Sequence record: PP047754
From: Escherichia phage KEP4
Direction: 5' to 3' (one strand)
DNA: 64,000 nucleotides
Under the pieces are notes generated by a model. It was given only the letters and a program-made list of their open reading frames with translations, was not told the DNA's origin and ran no database searches. Every line of letters begins with the position of its first letter. Position 1 is the first letter of the stretch. Positions 10,032 through 18,503 of the stretch are shown here, piece after piece. Position numbers and translations under genes: made by a program.

Positions 10032-10470
10032 TTGTTTCTCCTTTTGCTGCATACGACAGAGCTTTTACGATCATAACAGCCAAACCGATAGGATCGTATG
10101 CATTGTCGAATTCTTGTTCTATGTTCTGACGAATTTCATCAGAAGATTGTACTTCAGAGCAGTTCTTACTCTGTCTGCGTTGCTCTTGCTCGACTAGATC
10201 TTTGAACAGAAGGTCTTTGAAAGAATACTCATCGAAGTTTTCAAGATACCGTTGGATGCTTGGTTGTTTTACATCCATCGTTTGACGCAAATTGCTAATA
10301 GTTGAACTTGCCTGTTCGCGGTGTTTGTTCATAACAGCAAAGTTAACGGGCTTGCCCCAAGCATTCATCACTGGATTAGAGCATACTTGGCCAAAGAGAT
10401 CTTGGAAGGCATCATCCATGTGGATCAACGCAGTGGCCAATTCCTCATAAGTCGGTTTTTGAGTAGTCAT
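10024..10470 (-). CDS. hypothetical protein
   Basis: 148-aa ORF; 4-nt overlap with upstream gene. Confidence 0.55.
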   Translation of the reverse strand: MTTQKPTYEELATALIHMDDAFQDLFGQVCSNPVMNAWGKPVNFAVMNKHREQASSTISNLRQTMDVKQPSIQRYLENFDEYSFKDLLFKDLVEQEQRRQSKNCSEVQSSDEIRQNIEQEFDNAYDPIGLAVMIVKALSYAAKGETNV

Positions 10471-10868
10471 TTTCGTTTACTCCGATTTTTATATTTCTTA
10501 GCCTGACGTTTATGTTGGGCGGCTCCATATAGGCGCGGCGGCTTTTGATAACGTTGTGACGCAATTATGTCTCTGTCATCGGCTTCTGCTTCACAATACG
10601 AAATATCTGCCTTCCGTAACTGAGCCACCGCTTGAGATACCAATGTTTTGCGTTCACTTTCTACCAGATCATCACAAATTATCATGCGTTCACCTGGTTC
10701 ACAACGACGTTTAGGAATATCGTCTACACTGATACATTCTACTTCAACACCTTTCAACTTTTCTTGAAGGATAATGGCCATAGTCCGAGCGCCGATTCCT
10801 CCTCCAATAATCGCTATCTTTCTTGGCTTGTCTGTCATGTTCTTGTCCATGAAAAGGGGATAGAGCAA
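10467..10868 (-). CDS. hypothetical protein with N-terminal dinucleotide-binding-like GxGxxG motif
   Basis: 133-aa ORF; KIAIIGGGIGARTMAII resembles a Rossmann beta-alpha-beta start. Confidence 0.5.
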   Translation of the reverse strand: MLYPLFMDKNMTDKPRKIAIIGGGIGARTMAIILQEKLKGVEVECISVDDIPKRRCEPGERMIICDDLVESERKTLVSQAVAQLRKADISYCEAEADDRDIIASQRYQKPPRLYGAAQHKRQAKKYKNRSKRK

Positions 10869-10895
10869 TAATACCCTATCCCCATTTATTGAAGA
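10858..10895 (-). terminator. conserved intergenic hairpin element (terminator-like), copy 1
   Basis: GGGGATAGAG ... CCCTATCCCC stem with AATAATA-type loop; on the minus strand it is flanked by TTCTTCAATAAA upstream and a T-run downstream. Near-identical architecture at 13845..13890. Confidence 0.45.
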
Positions 10896-10899
10896 ATTA

Positions 10900-11322
10900 T
10901 TAGTCTTCCGAACCTACAACCCCACCACGCAGATCCTGTGCTGGCTTACCATCAGGTGCCATGACATAGATGGTATTGATGGTCTCAAACCAAGACAATA
11001 AATCAACTCCTTCAGTGTATGGCGTTACCGGAACAGAAGTTTTGATTTCTTTCTGTTCATCCTTCAAATCCGGATGACTTCCCGATAGGGTTAACCAAGC
11101 GAATCTTCCGTTGGGATAAATAATGCCTTCTTTGAACATTACAATCTTTTTGCGAGGATTATTGGCTTCGCCCAGACACACCACCAAATGATGTATCATT
11201 TCGGGGCGCGTCAACAACGTGTCATCTTTGATAATGCCCTGCTTGACAGCAGAGATTACCACTTCATCCAGTAACGCCTGTTGCTGTTCCAGCGTCAGAG
11301 ATTCGGTTAGTTTCACGCTCAT
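10900..11322 (-). CDS. hypothetical protein
   Basis: ORF-track frame 10900..11391 trimmed to the internal Met (MSVKLTES...) at 11322 to avoid a 65-nt overlap with the upstream gene. Confidence 0.5.
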   Translation of the reverse strand: MSVKLTESLTLEQQQALLDEVVISAVKQGIIKDDTLLTRPEMIHHLVVCLGEANNPRKKIVMFKEGIIYPNGRFAWLTLSGSHPDLKDEQKEIKTSVPVTPYTEGVDLLSWFETINTIYVMAPDGKPAQDLRGGVVGSED

Positions 11323-11326
11323 AAGA

Positions 11327-11896
11327 TCAGCCTTTGAAGTTAATCGGAGTCTGGACACCAGAGTCAAATGCGGCCTGGGTACGGGTGTCACTCACCACCT
11401 GACATGTCTTGTCAAGATCGATACGCGGATATCCAAAGATTCCTGCTATCAGAGAACCAGGGAACTGGCCAAGTTTAGTTTCATAGATCGCACATGCGTC
11501 CAATTTTTTAGTTTGGCTAATGCGGAATTCATCCCGACCTGAGCTGATAACAACCTGAATCTCTTTGTACAAAGATGAATCAAACTGAATATTCTGTTCC
11601 TGAATCCATTGCATTACTGCTTTGGAACCGTCTGCACCATAACGGCCTTGGAAAGTATCTTTGATCACTTCCTTCAAACCGTTTTTGTACATGTCAGGAA
11701 TCTGCGCCGTCTCCTGAACTTTGAGCGTGTAGTTGCTCAGGTGGTTTTCAGAATCTTTGTTGAACTTTTTGACCTGTTGTTCAATGCGGTTGAAATCATT
11801 GAAATAGCTAACCACACTGCCAATCCCAATTACAGCAAATGCTAGAATTGCCAACCCAACGATCCAACCAATTGAAATACCTTTACGTTGTGACAT
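11327..11896 (-). CDS. membrane-anchored protein, LemA-like (tentative)
   Basis: 189-aa ORF with one N-terminal transmembrane helix (ISIGWIVGLAILAFAVIGIGSVV) then a soluble domain; size and topology fit the LemA family. Confidence 0.45.
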   Translation of the reverse strand: MSQRKGISIGWIVGLAILAFAVIGIGSVVSYFNDFNRIEQQVKKFNKDSENHLSNYTLKVQETAQIPDMYKNGLKEVIKDTFQGRYGADGSKAVMQWIQEQNIQFDSSLYKEIQVVISSGRDEFRISQTKKLDACAIYETKLGQFPGSLIAGIFGYPRIDLDKTCQVVSDTRTQAAFDSGVQTPINFKG

Positions 11897-11911
11897 CTTT
11901 ACTTCCTCTTG

Positions 11912-13021
11912 TTAAAACAAACGTTTGTAAGTGCGACCATTGTACTGCATGCGGCCTAATATGAAAACTGCGGTAAATGGGATACATCCAAACAACACGA
12001 CGATAATCACTTCCCAAGTTTTAAGATCTCGCCATTTCAGATATTCCATTTCCTTCATCTCGACTCGGTTGTATCCCTTACTGATATTGACCGCAACTTC
12101 TTGGAACACGGATATGCCCATTGGTTTCCCAGTCAATGAAAGTCCGTTACGAGAATGGAGTTCCATGTTGTTCATGCCGTCGGCAAATGACGTAGACTTA
12201 CCCCAATTAATTTTCATATCCTTTGAAATATCGGTGACTACAATAACATCGTTCTTTTTACCGCCAGACCATGCATATAGAAGTCCCTGAAAATATTCAA
12301 CAGGCTGGCCAGAAGTCACAACCCAAACGATATTAACCTGACGTGAAGCACCTAATGTTTTCAGAGTATTGTTCAGATAATCATTCCAGTAATCAACAGG
12401 AATGTCCATCCCTGACATATTCAGAACACGAGTTACTCGGTAATAATCATACACCCTCGGATATGAAGGGATATGCTCTTTGAACTTCTCGGCGAATTGC
12501 TGGTCAGATTTAGAGAATAATGAATCTTTGTTGCCCAGCACATAATTCATATATGAATGTTCACGTGCCGCAGGTTCCCCGATTTTAACTTGTGCCCAAC
12601 GCGGAGGCTCTGTAGTACCCTGACGATCAATACGGTCAATGCTCAGATCACCGACGGTTGTTAATACGTCCCAATCAACGTCATAAGAGTGCTCATAGCA
12701 TGTGCTGCAATGACGCGTTTGTGTACAAGATCGGTTATTTCCTGAACCAGAGCAAGATGTTGTGTAATAACACATACATTCATAAGAATGTTCACAACCC
12801 ACCTTATTCCGTTGCTTATCAGTTACATATCCATTCAGGATTTCCACGTCCCCAGAACTACCAAGGGAGAAAGCAGCATATAATCCCGACTGGATAAGGC
12901 AAGACAATACGATAACAATGGCCGTGGCGATCAAAGTCTCCTTTGGCTCATGGGTCTTGCGGTGATATATTATAAACAAGATGGCCAAAATTACAGGAAC
13001 CACAAACAGAAGGTAAATCAT
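11912..13021 (-). CDS. membrane protein with Cys-rich extracytoplasmic region
   Basis: 369-aa ORF; N-terminal and C-terminal hydrophobic helices bracket a domain with many cysteines (GCEHSYECMCYYTTSCSGSGNNRSCTQTRHCSTCYEH). Confidence 0.55.
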   Translation of the reverse strand: MIYLLFVVPVILAILFIIYHRKTHEPKETLIATAIVIVLSCLIQSGLYAAFSLGSSGDVEILNGYVTDKQRNKVGCEHSYECMCYYTTSCSGSGNNRSCTQTRHCSTCYEHSYDVDWDVLTTVGDLSIDRIDRQGTTEPPRWAQVKIGEPAAREHSYMNYVLGNKDSLFSKSDQQFAEKFKEHIPSYPRVYDYYRVTRVLNMSGMDIPVDYWNDYLNNTLKTLGASRQVNIVWVVTSGQPVEYFQGLLYAWSGGKKNDVIVVTDISKDMKINWGKSTSFADGMNNMELHSRNGLSLTGKPMGISVFQEVAVNISKGYNRVEMKEMEYLKWRDLKTWEVIIVVLFGCIPFTAVFILGRMQYNGRTYKRLF

Positions 13022-13404
13022 AACACACCATCCACGAGTTGTTCCTTCGTCATACCAAGAAGTTGATTTTTATGCTCAGATTTAGCCCCATTTTTCAACA
13101 ACAGATCCCAACGTTCTTCATGATACTGTGGAGTCATTGCATCGTCAAAAGAAACATGGTGGCGATGCATAATTGTTGCAACGGTATGAAGAACGATTGC
13201 TGTTTCTCTTTTTAAAGCACGTGTATCCGTGATGTGGTCTTCGTATTCGATTCCCATCAAATCGAGTTCTTTTCGGATATATGCTATAGACAAATCACCT
13301 TCAGAATGCAATTTAACAATAGTCGCTTTCTTAGGATGTAACACGCCGTCTGTTTCTTTCATGAACAGATCGTACAAATATTGTTTGTATTCGGGGCGCT
13401 TCAT
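13018..13404 (-). CDS. hypothetical protein
   Basis: 128-aa ORF, 4-nt overlaps on both sides. Confidence 0.5.
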   Translation of the reverse strand: MKRPEYKQYLYDLFMKETDGVLHPKKATIVKLHSEGDLSIAYIRKELDLMGIEYEDHITDTRALKRETAIVLHTVATIMHRHHVSFDDAMTPQYHEERWDLLLKNGAKSEHKNQLLGMTKEQLVDGVL

Positions 13405-13622
13405 CTCGTAATCCCTCCGGCACAGATGATATTCAGTTCACCGCGACGGAAACCGCCTTGCCCACCGTTCAATTTAGTCGGAAGCGTATCTTGAACTTTT
13501 TGTGCGAACTCTTCCGACACTACCAGATGACCCTTTTCTTGTTTCGGGGTAGATTCAAAATAGTCGCCAAATGTCGCTTCCATATCGAGCACAGACATGT
13601 CTTCAATTCGTTGCATTGCCAT
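13401..13622 (-). CDS. hypothetical small protein
   Basis: 73-aa ORF in operon-style packing. Confidence 0.4.
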   Translation of the reverse strand: MAMQRIEDMSVLDMEATFGDYFESTPKQEKGHLVVSEEFAQKVQDTLPTKLNGGQGGFRRGELNIICAGGITR

Positions 13623-13633
13623 GATATAGGACC

Positions 13634-13825
13634 TCAGTATAATTTCGTATAAACTTGTTTAACGCCAATATCGGCAGGAGCTGTGCTCTGCTGCATATTA
13701 TAGAATGCCAAATCTGCTTGTTCTTTGTTTTCAAAATCAACTACAACTGTGTGTACTGATATTGCTTCACCCTGTCCATAAGCATAACAACGGCTGGTGA
13801 CCAATATTTTGTATTGAGGTGTCAT
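13634..13825 (-). CDS. hypothetical small protein
   Basis: 63-aa ORF. Confidence 0.35.
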   Translation of the reverse strand: MTPQYKILVTSRCYAYGQGEAISVHTVVVDFENKEQADLAFYNMQQSTAPADIGVKQVYTKLY

Positions 13826-13844
13826 AAATCAATCCTTGCAAAAA

Positions 13845-13890
13845 GAAAGGGGAACGGGCTAATAATAACCCATTCCCCTTTATTGAAGAA
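13845..13890 (-). terminator. conserved intergenic hairpin element (terminator-like), copy 2
   Basis: AGGGGAACGGG ... CCCATTCCCCT stem with TAATAATAA loop and the same TTTATTGAAGAA flank as the 10858 copy. Confidence 0.45.
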
Positions 13891-13906
13891 CGCAATCGCA
13901 ATCAGA

Positions 13907-14074
13907 TTACTTTTTCTTCAGCTCGTCCAGTTTGGCTTCGATTTGTTCCAGGATGTCTTTACCCTTCTGAACAATCACTTCACCGTCTTGCGCGTGTTTA
14001 CGAAAGACCAGAGCGCCAGCTACGAAGCCGACAACAACGCCAGGAAGCGCGTACACCAACAGATCTTGTAACAT
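13907..14074 (-). CDS. small membrane protein (55 aa)
   Basis: Hand-found ORF below the 60-aa track cutoff: MLQDLLVYALPGVVVGFVAGALVFRKHAQDGEVIVQKGKDILEQIEAKLDELKKK, one transmembrane helix plus a charged tail. Confidence 0.4.
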   Translation of the reverse strand: MLQDLLVYALPGVVVGFVAGALVFRKHAQDGEVIVQKGKDILEQIEAKLDELKKK

Positions 14075-14110
14075 GATAATATCCTCACTTTATAGGTGAG
14101 GATATTTATA

Positions 14111-15346
14111 TCAGCGCTTCAACAAAGACATGAGGTTTACACTGGTCGACTTCGGATTGTCCTCTATCTTTCGGACGGGCATTTTCAGATTAGTGTAAAC
14201 CTCAGATGGTTCCCAACGCGTACCCTGCTGTAAATGCCATATATGTAGAGGAACACCCGTCTCAAAGAACACAGGCATCTTCCACTTCTGGACGCCAGGA
14301 ACGTGCCCTGCAGGAGCTTTTTCGCACAACAGGGTATCTGGTAGCCAGAGTGAACGGGCTTCCCATAATGCCTTACAGGAGTATTCAGGCCAAATACGTT
14401 CCATATAATCGATCTCGTCCCATGTACGCTCGGCGTCCCACCCGATGTAACGGGTATTCTTCAGTCGGAAGAATTTCTTCAGCCAACAAGCACCGGAGGT
14501 CTCAAAGTTCAGACGATTGATAAACGTGATGTGGCCAAACTCTTCAACGCATTCCTGAAACGCTTTCTCAAGGTCGGTTTCGAGTATATCACATTCTTCG
14601 TCTGTAATAGGACAACCGTTGATCTTTTTCTTCCCGTGCTTGGTCACCCAGTCGTCACGGTTTGACAAGAATGCCGCGCCGTTGCGGTTGGACTCGCTGC
14701 CATCGCGGTCACGCAGCATGAACCCAGGGACGTCGATCTCCCACATGTTGCCGAATACCATGTTCAGGGCTTCCAGGAAGTTCCAGGCGCTCAGGCGGCC
14801 AAAGTATTTCCAGGACATCGCCGTGTCCCACAGATTCGTGAATTGGTGGACAGGGATATCCAATTCAAGCATCGGTCGGAATGCTTCCATCTGAGTACGC
14901 CCAGCCAGCCAATCAATGTAGGACTGAACACACGGGATCATCTTCGACTTACGGTAACGGCAATCGGTATCGAAGCGCATACGCTCAAAGTTCAGGTTGT
15001 ACCAATCAGAAAAGCGCTGCATCTCTTCTTTGGACTGAGGAGGCACAGGGAACTCACTGTAGATTGTCCATGGACCGATGGCGTTATAACAGCAGCCCCA
15101 AAGGAACGACATCCAGATCTTGCGCTCGATCTTCTCAAGCTGTGTGATGCCTTCAGTGACTTCGATCGCATAGTCCATCAGACGCATCTGCTGGTTGTGC
15201 TCTTCGGTGTAGGACAGCGCCTCCACCCAAGCCTTGAGCAGGTACATCCGATTCTCAGGCTTGCGATAGTCAACAGCCAGGTCAATCGGGTACTTCCATT
15301 CAGCCGGGGGCGCATAGCCAGTCGGCATTTTAGAAATGTTATTCAT
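14111..15346 (-). CDS. conserved protein of unknown function; candidate DNA-base modification enzyme (tentative)
   Basis: 411-aa Trp/Cys-rich ORF clustered with a P-loop kinase, a HAD hydrolase and the DNA polymerase. No motif-level assignment was possible by eye. Confidence 0.6.
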   Translation of the reverse strand: MNNISKMPTGYAPPAEWKYPIDLAVDYRKPENRMYLLKAWVEALSYTEEHNQQMRLMDYAIEVTEGITQLEKIERKIWMSFLWGCCYNAIGPWTIYSEFPVPPQSKEEMQRFSDWYNLNFERMRFDTDCRYRKSKMIPCVQSYIDWLAGRTQMEAFRPMLELDIPVHQFTNLWDTAMSWKYFGRLSAWNFLEALNMVFGNMWEIDVPGFMLRDRDGSESNRNGAAFLSNRDDWVTKHGKKKINGCPITDEECDILETDLEKAFQECVEEFGHITFINRLNFETSGACWLKKFFRLKNTRYIGWDAERTWDEIDYMERIWPEYSCKALWEARSLWLPDTLLCEKAPAGHVPGVQKWKMPVFFETGVPLHIWHLQQGTRWEPSEVYTNLKMPVRKIEDNPKSTSVNLMSLLKR

Positions 15347-15528
15347 CCGATTTTACTCCCGAGTTCAACACGGAACGCCAGATAGAAGAAAGTGGCGATA
15401 GATACAGGACATATCACCAAGAATGGGCGCTGTTGCACCCCTTCTGTGACCATGACGCCGACCAGCGAAACCGTAAAGATAACGAACATCAACATCATGA
15501 AGATAAAATCAACCTGCTTGATTTTCAT
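15343..15528 (-). CDS. small membrane protein
   Basis: 61-aa ORF, two hydrophobic segments. Confidence 0.4.
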   Translation of the reverse strand: MKIKQVDFIFMMLMFVIFTVSLVGVMVTEGVQQRPFLVICPVSIATFFYLAFRVELGSKIG

Positions 15529-15895
15529 CTTTCACTTCCTCTACAGGAGAAACAACTTCAGGCTCAGCTTCGGGAGCCAGCTGAATTTCTTCGGGGCTTA
15601 CTACGGGCTGTCCCAGAGACCAGATAGGCAGGAAACGACGATCATTCGTCACCAACCAAATTTGCTTGGCGGTTTTCGTCTTTTCGGAAATAAAATGCTG
15701 GGCATTGACTTGGGTACGAGCCAAACCCACCTGACGCCAAGAACCGAAATCCTTAGAAGAAGGATTGGTATTCAGTTGAAATTGTGGGACGATTTTATTC
15801 TGTTCCGGATAGTAACGGACAGCGTTAATCATCTTCGCATCACCACGGTAATCAATAGCAACAGCGACAACGTTGCGTGGAATGAGGATTTTCAT
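15509..15895 (-). CDS. hypothetical protein
   Basis: 128-aa ORF with acidic Pro/Glu-rich C-terminus. Confidence 0.5.
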   Translation of the reverse strand: MKILIPRNVVAVAIDYRGDAKMINAVRYYPEQNKIVPQFQLNTNPSSKDFGSWRQVGLARTQVNAQHFISEKTKTAKQIWLVTNDRRFLPIWSLGQPVVSPEEIQLAPEAEPEVVSPVEEVKDENQAG

Positions 15896-15896
15896 T

Positions 15897-16100
15897 TTAA
15901 TTCCTTTTGAAACTCTGAATTATGTTATAGACGAAAGGCGTTAATAAGATAGCACCCCCCAAATAATATAACGCGTAAACGTTCAATATTTCGGTTGAAT
16001 CCAACTCAACGATGCCCAAATATTTCATGACACCGACGAGCACAGCTGTGATACACATCACCAATCCGACGAACACAAAATATTTAGACATCTGTTTCAT
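15897..16100 (-). CDS. small membrane protein
   Basis: 67-aa ORF with two predicted transmembrane helices. Confidence 0.4.
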   Translation of the reverse strand: MKQMSKYFVFVGLVMCITAVLVGVMKYLGIVELDSTEILNVYALYYLGGAILLTPFVYNIIQSFKRN

Positions 16101-16102
16101 TT

Positions 16103-17008
16103 CTAACCCTTACTCAACAGGCCGAGAAGGGATACAGAGGACTTTGTTACCTCTCCCTTGGCGCTCGCCTTGGTTTTAGATTTGGTCACCTTCTCAGGGA
16201 CTCGATGCGCTAGAGGATCATCCCCACCGACTTCGCGCGTCATTGGGTCAGTTTCACAGAATCCGTAGAAATCTTTGATGTCCAGACCCATGGCGTGAAA
16301 CTCACCACGCATTTGATGATGAATAGCGTTGCCAATCACCCACAAAGGTGCATCAAACGGCATCATGGCTAATTCGCTATCATTTCCTGTTTTGAATTCT
16401 TGAGTGTTTGTAGGCGATTGACGATACAACACGTCTTGCCCGCTGTAGTCATTGACCACCACTTCCCAACCCAGCACCAGCATTTCAGTCTTCGACTTCT
16501 CAAACTCCTTGGAGTAAGATTCGTTGCGTGACCAGCCGGAGTCCCCTGCTTCCTTACCAGAGCGACCACGGATGCGCGCATCATACTGATAGCGGTCTGG
16601 GTATGCAAAATAAAGCAACGCCAGAGATTCAATCGGATAGTTCTTGAACATCCATTCAGGACGCCATTTATCTGACAGCATGAGGGGTTCACCCTCGCAC
16701 ACCAAAGTGTAACCCTGAGCCAGCCAGCCTTTGACCAGATCACGGGCGATATCACCCGAGCCTGTGGCGGCGTGGATGGCGTCCATGGAAGTCCAGGAAG
16801 CCAGACCGGATTTGTTGGACACAGTATACTGGCCGACGAAGATTAACTTCAGCTCTTCGAATTTCAGGCCGAATGGGCGCGTCTTGTCACCAATGGTGTA
16901 GGTGAGTTCAGTAGGCTCCAGCTTAGTGCGGAGCCATTCGATGAACTGGACTACTCTCGTACCCTTGCCCACGCCACTTGTTCCTTTCACTACAATTATT
17001 TTAGCCAT
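16103..17008 (-). CDS. P-loop kinase (NMP-kinase-like Walker A)
   Basis: 301-aa ORF; N-terminal IIVVKGTSGVGKGT matches the GxxGxGKGT P-loop of nucleotide/nucleoside kinases. Confidence 0.65.
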   Translation of the reverse strand: MAKIIVVKGTSGVGKGTRVVQFIEWLRTKLEPTELTYTIGDKTRPFGLKFEELKLIFVGQYTVSNKSGLASWTSMDAIHAATGSGDIARDLVKGWLAQGYTLVCEGEPLMLSDKWRPEWMFKNYPIESLALLYFAYPDRYQYDARIRGRSGKEAGDSGWSRNESYSKEFEKSKTEMLVLGWEVVVNDYSGQDVLYRQSPTNTQEFKTGNDSELAMMPFDAPLWVIGNAIHHQMRGEFHAMGLDIKDFYGFCETDPMTREVGGDDPLAHRVPEKVTKSKTKASAKGEVTKSSVSLLGLLSKG

Positions 17009-17349
17009 TATGCATCTTCCTCAATACGCCAGCTCACACCGCCCAACCAGGGAGACCAGAAAACAGCAACCTGTGGGCGATCGTTTTCTACAAACTTCAC
17101 TTTATACTGGTCGTCGAAGTTATAGAAAATTTCATCGTCATCTGGTGCCATACCGTTTTCTATCAGAACACGCTTTAACTCCAGCGCCGCACCAACGGAA
17201 GTGGGTGTGGTTTGTTTACGAATGAAGTTGTTCACATGGATAATAACGCCATCCATATCGCTATCACCGGAACGCTTGTCTGGGGTTTCCCCAAACTTGG
17301 ATTGTTCTTGCACGATGTCCTCCTCAATGGACGTATTGATAATGGCCAA
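17008..17349 (-). CDS. hypothetical protein
   Basis: 113-aa acidic ORF. Confidence 0.45.
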   Translation of the reverse strand: MAIINTSIEEDIVQEQSKFGETPDKRSGDSDMDGVIIHVNNFIRKQTTPTSVGAALELKRVLIENGMAPDDDEIFYNFDDQYKVKFVENDRPQVAVFWSPWLGGVSWRIEEDA

Positions 17350-18106
17350 TCAGGCGGTTCACCACTTCGACAATATTGCGGTTCAGGAAGTCGAAGTGGT
17401 TCTGGCCTTCGACTGGTTTAATATAAAGCATATCTTCCGAGTTCGAAAGATCCAGTTTTTCATAATTTCCCTGGGGAACAAAGATGACAAAAATATTGTT
17501 CATCGCACAGGGTTCAACGTATTTCGGGTTATCATCAATTAAAACATCACCTGCCAAAAGATGCTTTTCGTCGGTGCTGACAAACCCGTTGAAGATGCCA
17601 GGGAACTTGTCATAGACAAACTGGCGCTTGCTGCGCTCGTGTTCTGGCTCACACTTAGATACTGCGATCAATTCAACATTTTCAAAGTCTTCGAGAAGGA
17701 TCTTCTTCAGATTCACCAGGAACTCGTAAGCGCCTGGAAGCGGGTTCATCTTGGCATACAGGTCCGGCATGCGCCACCAATCCATAGGATCACGTCCTGT
17801 AGGTGAATCCATCCATTGACCAGCAACAAACACACGGCGCGTCAACCATGCTGGGTGAGCGCGTTCCCGCATGAGGATCGCCAAATCACCAGCATGAGCC
17901 ATATAGCACTCTTTGGTGATACGCTGGAAATCATTGGGATAATCATGACAACCCATGTTTTCAGCAGCAGCTTTTGAATTGGAAATATTAAACCAATCCA
18001 CCCAAGGGGAGAGGCTATCAACCAAAGTCAAGTCTACGTCTACCAGGATACGATACATTCCACCGATTTTAGAATTGGCATCATACAGACCAACATGATT
18101 ATTCAT
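17324..18106 (-). CDS. HAD-superfamily hydrolase (possible nucleotidase/phosphatase)
   Basis: ORF-track frame 17324..18166; start placed at the internal Met (18106) with GGAG upstream. Motif I hhhDxDxT present (ILVDVDLTLVD). Confidence 0.55.
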   Translation of the reverse strand: MNNHVGLYDANSKIGGMYRILVDVDLTLVDSLSPWVDWFNISNSKAAAENMGCHDYPNDFQRITKECYMAHAGDLAILMRERAHPAWLTRRVFVAGQWMDSPTGRDPMDWWRMPDLYAKMNPLPGAYEFLVNLKKILLEDFENVELIAVSKCEPEHERSKRQFVYDKFPGIFNGFVSTDEKHLLAGDVLIDDNPKYVEPCAMNNIFVIFVPQGNYEKLDLSNSEDMLYIKPVEGQNHFDFLNRNIVEVVNRLIGHYQYVH

Positions 18107-18443
18107 CAGACTTCTCCACTTGATCATAACCAGTTGCGGTGCATTGCTCTTCTGTGCAATCTGCATACAGAACCACAGAAGATTCCTTCACGTAAGTGGT
18201 ACAGTGATAGGTTTCATCTTCCTGGATGGAATCGTCATAATTGCAAACAGTTTGCAACGGACCAGGAGTGGTGTTATCCAACGCAGCATGTGCCTTGATT
18301 GTGTCTTCCATCTTATTCACCGCTTGCTGATTGGTGAACGTCGGCGCATCGAGGTCAACAGTAGACGCAACGTCCAGAAGGGTAGAGCATGCAGTGGTAG
18401 AGAAAGCCAGAGCACACACCAGAAGAATCTTATTGAGTTTCAT
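18099..18443 (-). CDS. predicted lipoprotein
   Basis: Start placed at MKLNKILLVCALAFSTTAC: signal peptide with lipobox-like STTAC, mature protein Cys-rich and acidic. Confidence 0.5.
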   Translation of the reverse strand: MKLNKILLVCALAFSTTACSTLLDVASTVDLDAPTFTNQQAVNKMEDTIKAHAALDNTTPGPLQTVCNYDDSIQEDETYHCTTYVKESSVVLYADCTEEQCTATGYDQVEKSDE

Positions 18444-18503
18444 AACAATACCTGTTGTCAAAGGGATAACAGGGGGAATTATATCCCCCTTTGGTTTATT
18501 GAA

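Noticed and set aside
14843-15385. 180-aa plus-strand ORF
   Set aside because: Lies entirely antisense to the 411-aa minus-strand gene in a region where every credible gene is on the minus strand; low-complexity Arg/Ser/His-rich translation typical of a shadow ORF.
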